From assembly GCA_965116925.1 (NCBI GenBank), contig OZ220744.1:3680001-3744000 (forward strand): 64,000 bases of DNA, read 5' to 3'. The DNA comes from Candidatus Poribacteria bacterium (GTDB lineage: Bacteria > Poribacteria > WGA-4E > PCPOR2b). The position numbers and the translations under genes are program-made. How positions within the stretch are numbered: position 1 is the first letter of the stretch; each line of letters starts with the position of its first letter. The notes beneath the pieces were generated by a model that did no database searches, was not told the DNA's origin, and was given only the letters and a program-made list of their open reading frames with translations. Of this stretch, positions 19,782 to 30,300 are shown piece by piece.

Positions 19782-20759
19782 CTACCCAGCCGTGAACCTG
19801 AACGGTTCTGAAACAGCGTCAAGTGTTTCTCGCACGGAATCATCGAGCGTCCAGCCAACTGCACCGATGTTATCGTTCAGGTGCTCGATTGTGTCTCCAC
19901 CGGTGATCGCGACTGTAATTTCCGGGTGAGATAGTACCCAAGCCAGTGCCAATTGTGCAGGGGTCACCCCCAATTCGCCCGCAAGTTTAATCACGGTCGA
20001 TATAACCTGACTCGCAGCCCCTTGGACTGCTGCTGGAAATTGATCTTGCAGCCGTGTTGCCCAGAGCGTCCCTTCCGGCGCAGGACGGTCCGGTGAATAG
20101 ATGCCGCTTAACAGTCCCACCGCCAACGGACTGTATACCATGACTCCCAACCCTTGATCCCGCACAAGTGCGAACATTTCGCCTTCAAGGTGCCGAGTCA
20201 GCAGATTGTATTGATTCTGGACGCACATATACGGCGTTGCATTATAGCGATCTGCGACCCACAAGCCCTTGCAGACCTGCCATGCCGCATAGTTACAACA
20301 TCCGACGTAGCGGACTTTGCCCGAATGAACGAGGTCATCCAATGCACGAACCGTCTCCTCAAGTGGAGTCGATTCATCGAACATGTGGACAAGGTAGACA
20401 TCAATATGGTCTGTGTCCAAGCGAGTCAACGATCTTTCGACTTCGCGCATGATATGGTATCTGGATAGCCCTATGTCGTTTGGTCCATCGCCTATTTGGC
20501 TGGCAACCTTCGAGGTAATCACAACATCATCGCGTTTGCCCTTCAGTGCTTTCCCCAGAATAACTTCTGAGCGACCAATATTAGCGCGATCATCCATTGT
20601 CCCGTATACGTTGGCGCAGTCAATCAGGTTAATCCCCTGATCAATTGTGTGTTCGATAACCCGCTGTGCCTCGGCTTCATCGCCCTGTCCTCTGAATCCT
20701 AAACCGAGTGCCAATCGACTCACCTGAACGCCAGCGTTTCCGAAGTTCACATATTCCAT
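19782..20759 (-). CDS. Aldo/keto reductase
   Basis: IDCANVYG, SLTRLDTDHIDVY, GKVRYVG, YSPLAVGLL. Confidence 0.92.
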   Translation of the reverse strand: MEYVNFGNAGVQVSRLALGLGFRGQGDEAEAQRVIEHTIDQGINLIDCANVYGTMDDRANIGRSEVILGKALKGKRDDVVITSKVASQIGDGPNDIGLSRYHIMREVERSLTRLDTDHIDVYLVHMFDESTPLEETVRALDDLVHSGKVRYVGCCNYAAWQVCKGLWVADRYNATPYMCVQNQYNLLTRHLEGEMFALVRDQGLGVMVYSPLAVGLLSGIYSPDRPAPEGTLWATRLQDQFPAAVQGAASQVISTVIKLAGELGVTPAQLALAWVLSHPEITVAITGGDTIEHLNDNIGAVGWTLDDSVRETLDAVSEPFRFTAG

Positions 20760-20784
20760 AACTTTTTTCGCCTTTCCAGCCGAG

Positions 20785-21558
20785 CTACGCCGCGCCTCGC
20801 AATGTCTCTAACTTTTGACTGACAGCTTCAAATAGCAGCGGTGCTGCGTTACCACAAGACAGCACACGGAACCCGCGCTTTATCGCCTCAATTCCATCGT
20901 CCAAGCCGCGGGTCGGGTAGCCGACAGCGATACCTTTTCGCGCAGCAGCAGCAAGCACCTTCTCAGAGGCTTCGGCGACTTTCTCGTGCAGAGGTTGCCC
21001 CGGTACACCCAACGAAGCTGCCAAGTCACTTGTCCCTACATTCAGGACATCAATACCTTCAACCTCGACAATTTCGGCGATATTGTCAATCGCTTCGGCA
21101 TCCTCAATCATCAATGATACCGAAATCTCATTGTTGATGTTCGCATAATATTCCGCCGACGACACCGCTCCGAACTTTATACCTCGACTTGGACCCACGC
21201 CGCGTTTGCCCTGCGGCGGGTAGAACGCACCATCCACCACATGCTGCGCCTCCTCTGCGGTGCGGATGTGTGGGACAAGTACCCCCATCGCGCCAAGATC
21301 GAGCGCGCGCATAATCCGCGCTTCATCGTTTTCGTGGACGCGAACAATCGGTGTGGTATCCGCAGCGTAGGCGGCAAGAACCATCCGCTCTATCTCTGTC
21401 CAGCCCATAGAACCGTGCTCTGCGTCAATTAGGACATAATCAACGCCGGCATATCCCATGACTTCAACAAGCCCCGGTTCAGGGAGACGTACACCGCCGC
21501 TTAACACCAATCCGCCGGCTGCTAATTTTTGCTTCAACTTATTCGTTCTGATACTCAT
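20785..21558 (-). CDS. HpcH/HpaI aldolase family
   Basis: LIDAEHG, ALDLGAMGVLVP, YPPQGKRG, MIE..GTSDL. Confidence 0.9.
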   Translation of the reverse strand: MSIRTNKLKQKLAAGGLVLSGGVRLPEPGLVEVMGYAGVDYVLIDAEHGSMGWTEIERMVLAAYAADTTPIVRVHENDEARIMRALDLGAMGVLVPHIRTAEEAQHVVDGAFYPPQGKRGVGPSRGIKFGAVSSAEYYANINNEISVSLMIEDAEAIDNIAEIVEVEGIDVLNVGTSDLAASLGVPGQPLHEKVAEASEKVLAAAARKGIAVGYPTRGLDDGIEAIKRGFRVLSCGNAAPLLFEAVSQKLETLRGAA

Positions 21559-21655
21559 AATTAAATCTCCTTTGTGCGAATAATTTTTCTTTGCGTCGTT
21601 GCGTTAGATTTTCTTTCCCACTTTCACGTTTTCTCACTTTCATTTTTTATTATGA

Positions 21656-21963
21656 TAACCTAAGTTGCTAGTAGCCGGCATATTCAAACCAATAGACCCT
21701 AATCTCTGTACAAATTGTATCACTTCTGTAGGTCAATTTTCCAAAATCGACGGTTTGGTGTCGAGATGTGAATCTCGACCTACAGGTTCTAGTTACGTGA
21801 TGATACCATATACATGTCGCCCCGCTGGGGCTTTAAGGTTGATTTTATCCTGTCTTCTATATACATGTCGCCCCGCTGGGGCTATGAGTCGGGCAAGATG
21901 CCCGACCTACGGATATTGGGAGTCGCCTTTTACTGCGTCGTATATAACTAGCAACTTGCGTTA
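21656..21963. mobile_element. MITE family C (TAACSYAAGTTGCTAG TIR) with TGA duplication, carrying several REPs
   Basis: TAACCTAAGTTGCTAG...CTAGCAACTTGCGTTA flanked by TGA; internal REP doublet 21728-21783 and a 25-bp direct repeat (21808, 21858). Confidence 0.75.
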
Positions 21964-21972
21964 TGATATAGA

Positions 21973-23178
21973 CTATGGGAGACGTTCCTCCTTCAACCGT
22001 TGAACTTCAGCCTCTGTCTCCTCGCTACGTACCGACGTTGGTCCCCAATGGTCGACGGTGCTCTGCCCCGGTTCGTCGCTCACGGTCACAATGGCGTCCG
22101 ATCTGTCCCGGACTTCGGGCTTTAGCCGTGTGCCGATCCCCGGTCGCTGCGGGGCGTGGAGGAAGCCCTCACGGATGTCTAGGTTTGGGTCAACGAACTC
22201 GTTATACCAGCCTTTGTGGAAAGCGGGCACATGCTCCTGTATCATAGCGTTTGCAGAACTCATACAGATGTGGGAACAGGCGAAGATATTCACAGGTCCC
22301 GTGGCATCGTGCGGGGCAAATGGCACCTGATGCGCCGAGGCAAGGATGGCGACCTTGTGCGTCTCCGAAACACCGCCGGTCCAGATTAAATCTGGCATAA
22401 CGATACGGGCGGAGCCGTTCTCAATGAACAGCCGAAGCTGCCACCGGCTGAGGAGACGTTCGGAAATGCAGACCGGCGTTTTCGTGGATTCTTGGAGTCG
22501 TAGGAGAGCTTCCGGGTTGAGCAGCGGCATCAGATCCTCCTGCCACATCATATCGTACGGCTCCATCGCTTGCGCGATCCGAATCGCTACGGGCAACGCC
22601 CACTTGCCGTGACCGTCATTGGCAATGTGCATCTCCAAGCCAACCGTATCCCGGATCTCACGGATTGGCTTGAGTGCTTGGTCAAGATCTTTTTGCGAAA
22701 GAAACTGACCATCGCTCGCAATCGCTAGCGGGATAGTGGGTCCTCCCTTAATTGCGTTGATGCCTTCATCAAGCAGCTGTTTTGCTGTCTCGCCCGCGCC
22801 TTCGTAAGGCATTGAGGTGGCGTAGACACGGATGCGCTTGCGAACTGCACCGCCGAGGAGCTCGTAGACCGGTAAGTCAACCGCTTGACCCTTTATGTCC
22901 CAGAGGGCGATGTCGAGTGCCGAAATCGCCCGCATCTCCGCTCCGCCGTACCCGGCATGATCGGACAGACGGAACATCGCCTCCCAGTGACGCTCAATCT
23001 CGAAAGGGTCACGTCCAATGAGGAGCGGTCCGAAAAAGTCGTGAATCGCCGCCTGAACTACCGATGGGGCATAAAAGGTCTCCCCCAAACCGACGATACC
23101 AGAGTCAGTGTGGACGTGGACCCAGATGTTGTGTGGCTGGGATTCGACACGGATGGTTTCGATCTGTGTAATCTTCAT
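21973..23178 (-). CDS. Mandelate racemase/muconate lactonizing (enolase superfamily) dehydratase-like enzyme
   Basis: MKITQIET start after AAGGAG; AISALDIALWDIKGQ, PVYELLGG. Confidence 0.9.
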   Translation of the reverse strand: MKITQIETIRVESQPHNIWVHVHTDSGIVGLGETFYAPSVVQAAIHDFFGPLLIGRDPFEIERHWEAMFRLSDHAGYGGAEMRAISALDIALWDIKGQAVDLPVYELLGGAVRKRIRVYATSMPYEGAGETAKQLLDEGINAIKGGPTIPLAIASDGQFLSQKDLDQALKPIREIRDTVGLEMHIANDGHGKWALPVAIRIAQAMEPYDMMWQEDLMPLLNPEALLRLQESTKTPVCISERLLSRWQLRLFIENGSARIVMPDLIWTGGVSETHKVAILASAHQVPFAPHDATGPVNIFACSHICMSSANAMIQEHVPAFHKGWYNEFVDPNLDIREGFLHAPQRPGIGTRLKPEVRDRSDAIVTVSDEPGQSTVDHWGPTSVRSEETEAEVQRLKEERLP

Positions 23179-23222
23179 CACTTCTCCTTGGCGATTTTTT
23201 TCTTTTAGGGTGAGAGGGTAGG

Positions 23223-24113
23223 TCAATCTTTGGCTGCGTGATATTTTCTCGTGAAAGGTACGCACTCCAGATCCACATCTTTCCAGTAGTATTGGTACTT
23301 TTCTGATTGCCAATCCTGATAGATTTCTTCCCATGACATGCGATTGAAGTGCGGCAGGAGTGAACCCTCCGTAATCGGTTGGGATTGACCTTGATATCGA
23401 TAATCAACGGAAAGACGCAAGCGGTCTGTTGTTTGATTAGGGAGTGCCTTATGGACGGCGAGGCTTTGGAAAAGCAGAAAATCGCCAATTTGATAATCCG
23501 CCGAGACCCATACGAGGTTCAAATGATCGGTTTCCACGCCCAAGCCACCTGCCCCATCAGCCCGTATTGTCGGTAGGACGCTAAACTTATGGGACCCCGC
23601 GAGCACCGCCAAGCCGCCAAGATATTGCGGACAATCGCCCAAAGGGATCCAAGCGGTATAGGTCTCCTCCGTGCCCTGAATGTGAATATAGTCTTGATGG
23701 GCAGGTGTCGTATACCTGATATTTTCGGGAAATATAATCCGCCCGATATTTCGGGGATGGGGGAGTGTCGGTTCGCCAAACAACTTGTCGCAGACATCAA
23801 GAATTGAGGGATAGTGGGCAAAGGCGTGGAAAGATTCTAAGCTTTGAAAGTCGTCGAGGATGGGCCAATACTCCTCCTGCCCTTCCCGATACGGTCCTCC
23901 GTTTCGGATGCCGTCCATCACATCCGTTCCTGCTTTAATCCAACCGTGCCTGTCGCAGATTTCGAGAAAATCTCGGCGGAGTTGGAGAATCGTGTCAGGA
24001 TCAATCAGATTCCGAAAGAAAAGATACCCATCCCGTTTCGCATGATCCTGTAGCCTATCGGGTTGATCGAGCACATCATTCGATTCGACAAAAGGTTTGA
24101 TCTCAGTTGGCAT
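23223..24113 (-). CDS. PhyH family dioxygenase
   Basis: DGYLFFR, TPAHQD, TAWIPLGD, GDFLLF..VH; the upstream ORF extension runs into a MITE. Confidence 0.88.
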   Translation of the reverse strand: MPTEIKPFVESNDVLDQPDRLQDHAKRDGYLFFRNLIDPDTILQLRRDFLEICDRHGWIKAGTDVMDGIRNGGPYREGQEEYWPILDDFQSLESFHAFAHYPSILDVCDKLFGEPTLPHPRNIGRIIFPENIRYTTPAHQDYIHIQGTEETYTAWIPLGDCPQYLGGLAVLAGSHKFSVLPTIRADGAGGLGVETDHLNLVWVSADYQIGDFLLFQSLAVHKALPNQTTDRLRLSVDYRYQGQSQPITEGSLLPHFNRMSWEEIYQDWQSEKYQYYWKDVDLECVPFTRKYHAAKD

Positions 24114-24208
24114 AGGCCGCCTCGTTGATTGGAATTGTTGCAAATTGCGTAAAACGCACATATTATACAGCCTAGCCAAAAGCGTGTCAATTGGTAAGTC
24201 GCGAGAAT

Positions 24209-24331
24209 TAGGGTCATTTAATTCTTCCGCAGCTCGATGTCTTGGTTGACGCAACGGCGGGGCAAGATGCCCCGCCTACGGGTTCAGGTCGTTCCAAAAT
24301 CAGTCAAAAAACCAAAAACTAAATGACCCTA
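24209..24331. mobile_element. MITE family E (TAGGGTCATTTA TIR), about 9-bp TSD
   Basis: TAGGGTCATTTA...TAAATGACCCTA flanked by CGCGAGAAT/CGCGGGAAT; REP GGCGGGGCAAGATGCCCCGCCTAC inside. Confidence 0.75.
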
Positions 24332-24468
24332 CGCGGGAATGGAAATCTGTCGAGAATCGATTTATTACTCTCTGAATTGGAACGTTGACATTCTCCACCA
24401 AATATGATACATTTGACACATATTAACAGCTGAGACAATTGCCTTTCTTTGCAGGAGAGGATATTAGC

Positions 24469-25365
24469 ATGTACGTTGCGCTGACAGGAGCCACAGGGTT
24501 TGTCGGATCGTATACAGTCAGATCGCTTGTCGAAGCGGGGCACCGTATACGCGCGCTTGTACGACCGACAAGAGATGCTTCTTGGCTTGAGGAGTTAGGA
24601 ATCGAGATATGCAGGGGAGAAATGACCGATGAGGATGCACTACGCGCATTGGTTGAGGGGACGGACGTTGTCATCCATATCGCCTATGATTCTACGACAG
24701 AGAACCAACAACTTGAGTACCTCCGTTCCAATATCTTCGGATCACTGACACTACTTGAGTTATCCCGGCTCGCCGGTGTCCGTCAATTTATCTGTACAAC
24801 GAGCACCTACCTCCTCCGCCCCGATGTTTATACACCGGCGGATGTGTACCAAACGCCGATTACAGAGGATTCGCCGCTGGTATCTCCTCAAAGTACCTAT
24901 GTCATGTACAACACTGTCTTAGAATCGGCATGTCGGACATACTATGCACAGTTCGGCATGAACACGACCCCTTTCCGTTGTGCGTGGATATATGGCATTC
25001 ATCCGAATTTAGAGAAGACCGTCTGGCGCGACATCCTTGAGGCGGTTCAAACGGATACAAAGTACGTAAGCACATTCGGATGCGATGTTGTTGCTGTTGA
25101 TGACGTTGCAAGGGCCCTGACGGCGGCGGTGGATAACCCCGTAGCATTTGGTCAGGTCTTCAACCTGTGCGACCTGTTTGTGTATAACCAAGAATTGGCA
25201 CAGTTGGCACGCGAGGTAACCGGCAGTAAAGCAGAAGTTGTTCAATCCAAACTTCCGAAACCCGCGGAAATAGGCTCCGAGCGGATAAAAGAGTTGGGTG
25301 TAGATGTGCATCGAGGGATGGCTGGTATCCGCGCTTATTTTGAGGCACTGCACAAATTGATTTAG
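24469..25365 (+). CDS. NAD-dependent epimerase/dehydratase
   Basis: LTGATGFVG Rossmann motif; AGGAGAGG SD. Confidence 0.85.
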   Translation: MYVALTGATGFVGSYTVRSLVEAGHRIRALVRPTRDASWLEELGIEICRGEMTDEDALRALVEGTDVVIHIAYDSTTENQQLEYLRSNIFGSLTLLELSRLAGVRQFICTTSTYLLRPDVYTPADVYQTPITEDSPLVSPQSTYVMYNTVLESACRTYYAQFGMNTTPFRCAWIYGIHPNLEKTVWRDILEAVQTDTKYVSTFGCDVVAVDDVARALTAAVDNPVAFGQVFNLCDLFVYNQELAQLAREVTGSKAEVVQSKLPKPAEIGSERIKELGVDVHRGMAGIRAYFEALHKLI

Positions 25366-25393
25366 CCCCTATCCAACACAGTATTCGATTAAA

Positions 25394-26347
25394 ATGGGTA
25401 CGCCGTTAAAAAACGATACAATCACTGCTATCAATGGCATCAAAGTTGGCAATGCGACAGATGAAAAGGCACGCACAGGCTGTACGGTGATTCTTTGTGA
25501 GTCTGGAGCCGTCGCCGGTGTTGATGTCCGAGGATCTGCCCCCGGCACTAGGGAGACCGATGCGATTCGTCCGGGGGGATTGGTGGAGAAAGTTCATGCA
25601 GTTTTACTCACTGGTGGCAGTGCGTTTGGATTGGATGCAGCGGGCGGGGTGATGCAGTTTCTTGAGGAGCGTGGTGTTGGATTCCCGGCGGGGCCAGTGC
25701 GTGTGCCAATTGTGCCAAGTGCTGTCATCTTTGATCTAGGGGTCGGCGATCCAAAAGTCCGTCCAGATCGGGAGATGGGCTATCGCGCCTGTGTGAACGC
25801 CACCAGTGCACAAGTTGAAATGGGACAGGTCGGTGCTGGAACAGGCGCGACAGTTGGGAAGGGCCCAGGACTTCAGCCATCAAACGGCGGCCTCGGATCA
25901 GCATGTCGCGCCTTGAAATCAGGACTAATCGTCGGGGCAATTGTCGTCGTCAACGCGGTCGGAAACATTTTTGATCCAGCGACAGGAAGAATTGTGGCAG
26001 GCGCGAAGCACCCGGAGACGGGGGAGTTTGTGGATATTGTAGAAAAGTTATCTGAACAGGGAGAGAGAGATTCATTTCAACCTACTCATACGAATACAAC
26101 CATCGGTGTCGTCGGGACAAACGCTGCCCTCTCCCCAACAGCAGTTACAAAAGTCGCGCAGCTAGCGCATGACGGTTTAGCGCGGACAATTCGCCCGGTG
26201 CACACCATGTCCGATGGTGATACAATTTTCGCGCTTTCGATCGGAACACACGACGCACCGGTCAATACTGTTGGGGTTATCGCAGCAGAGGTTATGGCAG
26301 AAGCAGTCTGTCGTGCCGCGAAACATGCGATGACATACGAGCACTAA
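25394..26347 (+). CDS. Peptidase S58 / DmpA (P1) family
   Basis: DVRGSAPGTRET, LTGGSAFGL, NTTIGVV, DGDTIF. Confidence 0.9.
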   Translation: MGTPLKNDTITAINGIKVGNATDEKARTGCTVILCESGAVAGVDVRGSAPGTRETDAIRPGGLVEKVHAVLLTGGSAFGLDAAGGVMQFLEERGVGFPAGPVRVPIVPSAVIFDLGVGDPKVRPDREMGYRACVNATSAQVEMGQVGAGTGATVGKGPGLQPSNGGLGSACRALKSGLIVGAIVVVNAVGNIFDPATGRIVAGAKHPETGEFVDIVEKLSEQGERDSFQPTHTNTTIGVVGTNAALSPTAVTKVAQLAHDGLARTIRPVHTMSDGDTIFALSIGTHDAPVNTVGVIAAEVMAEAVCRAAKHAMTYEH

Positions 26348-26805
26348 TCCTCATATCCATATTTTGATCCTGCGGGGAGAGGTTTGCGCAGAATACTTGA
26401 TTTCAGCTGTCTAACGGTATGGCGAATTGTGCCACTAAAGCCCTGCGATTCTTGCAAAATCTCAATCTGCTCTGCTTGCCGCTCAACCTGCTGGCTCAAG
26501 TGCATAATAATCGCCTGAGCGCGTTTGTTTGATACTTCGGAAGCGGTTTGCATCTGCTCAATCATGGCATCTGATCGCTTAATTTCCGATGCCATGCGGT
26601 CCTCCAGCAGCTCAATTTGAGTGTGGCTGTACTGGTTTTCCTCCGTCAATTTTTCAATCCGCGCATCTTTTTCGCGGACCAACGCCTGCAAATGGGCGAG
26701 TTCGTTGGCCCTCAGCGGGGACTGATGTGCCGAATCGCTTGGGCTTGATATTGGTATAATTTTCAGGATTTCTGTTGATTTAAGTGATGTATTAACCGTT
26801 GCCAT
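26344..26805 (-). CDS. Hypothetical coiled-coil protein
   Basis: AAAGGAGT SD; heptad-rich sequence. Confidence 0.65.
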   Translation of the reverse strand: MATVNTSLKSTEILKIIPISSPSDSAHQSPLRANELAHLQALVREKDARIEKLTEENQYSHTQIELLEDRMASEIKRSDAMIEQMQTASEVSNKRAQAIIMHLSQQVERQAEQIEILQESQGFSGTIRHTVRQLKSSILRKPLPAGSKYGYED

Positions 26806-26818
26806 TGTGTACTCCTTT

Positions 26819-26949
26819 GGCTCATATAAAAAGAAAGTGCAAAGCACGAAGAGAAGCCGTATGGGCGGGGTCTCCCGCCCATAATACGGGTTGGGAAACC
26901 CACCCCTATGAAAACTCGGTTTCTATTGCACCATTGTTTAACATGAGCC
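26819..26949. mobile_element. MITE family D (GGCTCATG-type TIR), perfect 8-bp TSD ACTCCTTT
   Basis: GGCTCATATAAAAAG...TTAACATGAGCC; two REP hairpins inside. Confidence 0.85.
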
Positions 26950-27075
26950 ACTCCTTTTTCGTAATTCTGATCTTAATCTCCGATTCTCAATCACCAAACA
27001 CCTATGGTGTCCACGATGATAACGTGCTTGCTGAAGAATCCGTTTCAATTCCTGATCTCGACGTTTCATGATCTA

Positions 27076-27310
27076 ATGAAGATGAATTTATTAATTCGGT
27101 AATTTGCGGGCGATGTCCGGTGCGGTTAGATGAAAATTAAAAAAATAATTCGGTAATTTGCTAGCGACACCGGCGCGGTTGAAAACCGCGCCTACCGTGT
27201 GTTTCAAGGAAAATCGGGATTACCGACTTAAATACTTAAACTTCATGAAACCGCACCTACCGGGCCTGGGGGAAAATATAGAATTACCGAAGTATTTTCT
27301 GAAACCTCAT
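27076..27310. mobile_element. MITE family B outer copy, interrupted by a nested family B copy
   Basis: ATGAAG..TTCGGTAATT ... AATTACCGAA..CCTCAT; REP split by the inner element. Confidence 0.7.
27130..27246. mobile_element. MITE family B, 117 bp, inserted in a REP loop
   Basis: Nearly identical to 56802..56918. Confidence 0.85.
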
Positions 27311-27367
27311 CAGATCATAGAAACAACAAGGCTGCACGATAAATCCGCACAAACAAAAGGAAACAAT

Positions 27368-30300
27368 ATGACTTCAAACCTCACTCCAAAAGATCTAATT
27401 CTTTCTCCTGATGACCTCTCGCCGGAAGTGGTTAATCAAATACTTGGACCGTATGGGTTTCAGGATGTTCAAGGTGTAAATCGCCGCCTCAACAACTTAG
27501 CAGACGTTCCCCCATATCGCGAAGCGTTTGCCGCAATTGTCAGCCATTTGTTGAGTGCGTCGGCGGATTCGCCGGACCCGGATGCAGCACTAAACAATTT
27601 TGAGCGTTTTACTAACGTGACATTTGATCGGCTTTGGCTCTATCGCCTGTTGCATGATGCTCCTTTCCTTCTGAGAATATTATCAACCTGTTTTGGATCC
27701 AGTATCTATTTCTCAGATATCCTAGTGCGGAATCCTGAGTACTTTTACGACCTCATGGATGCTGGGTCGATGGGAGACCCGAAAGACCGTGAAACGATGT
27801 ATGGCGAACTGTCGCAAGCGGTGCAGCCGTTTGATCTGGCAGAGCAGAAGTTGAACGCGATTCGCGGCTATAAGCGGAAGGAGAGTTTACGACTGGGACT
27901 GCGCGATCTGCTAGGCGACGCCGATCTTGAAACAACAACGCGGGAGTTGACAAACCTCGCGGAGGCGGCACTACAAGTCTGCTATGAAATCGGTACAGAT
28001 GAACTTACCCCCAAAATGGGGGTCCCTTGGGGTGAACTCCCCAACGGCGAAAAGGTCCCGAGCACACTCACTGTAATAGCGATGGGCAAGTTTGGAGGAT
28101 ATGAGCTCAACTTCAGTTCGGATATCGATGTAATGTTCGTCTACTCACACGATGGGATAACCGATCAAGGCGTTGAGAATCAGGAATATTTTGCCAAACT
28201 CTGCGAATTTATCATCAACGGGATGAGCCAAGTCACCAAGGCGGGCTATGTTTTCCGTGTTGATGTCCGGCTGCGACCTGAAAGCCGGGTGGGCGTGATT
28301 GCCCGTTCCATCGACAGCTACGAAGCCTATTACGAGGGATGGGGTGAGATTTGGGAACGCCAAGCGTTAATCAAAGCTCGTGCTGTTGCCGGGGATCTTC
28401 AGTTAGGAGAGCAGTTTATTCGTACCATCCAGCCCTTTGTCTATCGTCGATACCTTGATGAATCCTCCATTACGGAGATAAAACTGGAGGTTCGCCAGAC
28501 AAAAGCACGGATTGAAAACCAAGTCCGGGAGCAGGGCGATGACCTGATGACGCATGTTAAACTCGGTATCGGCGGCATTCGTGATATCGAGTTTACCATC
28601 CAATGCCTTCAACTCATCCACGGGGGTCCCACCCCAGCATTGCGGAATTACAACTCGCTGCAAACTATCGATCTGTTGTACCACCATGGGGTGCTTGATC
28701 AGATGGATCGGGATATCCTCGCCGATGCCTACCGTTTCCTGCGGACGGTTGAGCATCGTATCCAGATGCTAGCCGATTTGCAGCGCTATTCTCTTCCTAC
28801 AAAGGAGCCGGAACTAATCAAACTTGCCAAGCGGATTGGGTATCAAGATAGCGAAGCTAGCTCTGCTTTAGAAGCGTTTGAGATGGACTATACGGTACAT
28901 ACAGATGCAGTTCGATCGATTTTTAGCAAGATTTTAACATCGCCGGTTTCAGATGGTGAAATAGGTATAGAAGCTGTGCTCATCGCCACTGAGCCAAGGG
29001 TGATACGGGACCTCCTGGAGCCCGTTGGGTTCGCTAATGCGCGAGAAGCCCATGGGCGGTTGAAGCGAATGGCGGAAGGGCCCAATGGTGTGCGATTTTC
29101 CCCGCATGTCCGCCGATTGTTTGTCGATCTTGCACCGACACTGCTGCGTTTGTTGAGTGAATCCCCCGACCCTGACACGGCACTTCATTACATCGAAACT
29201 TTCGCAAGCAAGGTCGGAGCACGTAGCGCGCACTACGCGATGTTCAACGAACAACCAACCACGCTTGAGTTATTGACCAAGCTATGTGGAACCAGTCGCT
29301 TCCTAGCTGAGTTACTCACCGGGCAGCCAGAATCCTTTGATGTGTTGACCGCCCCGGCGGTGATGGACCATCCCAAGACAGCATCCGACATCCGTATGGA
29401 GGCACTTCAGGAAATCGCAGATGGAACCCCGGATCAGATGTTTCAGGCATTAAGGCGGTATAAAAATAGCGAAGTCCTACGAATCGGTATGCGGAATATT
29501 CTGGGACAAGCGAACCTATGGGCTACGACGGCTGAGCTCTCCGATCTTGCGGAGGGGACCTTGCAGGCAATGTATTCCCATATCAACGCAGAATTGCAAA
29601 TCGAATATGGGAAGCCGCTGGAAGGAGGTAACAGTCAGAGGCAAACGGCTTCCACCGATGAAAAGACAGGGGTGGATCTGCCTTTGGCAAGGTTCGCCGT
29701 GATTGGCATGGGGAAATTTGGCGGGCGGGAACTCAACTTCAGCGCAGATCTCGATTTGATGCTTGTCTACTCCGCTGAAGGCGAAACAACGCAGGGCATG
29801 TCCAACGCCGATTATTTTAGCAGACTCGGATTGGAACTAGTCAATCGGATGAAGGGGAATACGGGAGGCGGTGGAATCTATGAGCTCGATCTGCGACTCC
29901 GTCCATTTGGCTCAGGTGGATCGATTGCATTGTCTCTGGAAGGCTACCAGAATTACTACGAAAAAGACGCGGAGACGTGGGAGCGTCAGGCACTGATCCG
30001 TGCCCGGCCCGTTGCTGGGGATGTCGAATTAGGCCAAGAGTTTATTAAACAAGCGTATACCTTTGCCTACAGTCAACCGCTAACCGCTGAACAGATTGCT
30101 CATATTATCCACAATCGGCAGCGCAAAGAAGCGCAAACGACGCGTCCAACGTTTACTTCAGCTACCGCACGCCGCCGGAGACGCAGAAGAAAACAGCAGA
30201 TCGACGTGAAATCTGGATATGGGGGACTCATCGATATCGAATTTGTCGCTCAAACGCTTCAGTTAATGCACGGTACGACACACCCACAAGTGCGGGTGCA

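Noticed and set aside
21808..21883. 25-bp direct repeats as a mini CRISPR array
   Set aside because: Only two units, inside a MITE, with no cas genes.
26942..27069. Small Arg-rich minus-strand ORF (MKRRDQELKR...)
   Set aside because: About 43 codons, bounded by MITEs, with no recognisable homology or SD.
27158..27367. N-terminal extensions of glnE and of the ORFs listed from 2193, 24254, 26847, 49142 and 23334
   Set aside because: The extensions run through MITEs or neighbouring genes; better SD-linked starts lie downstream.
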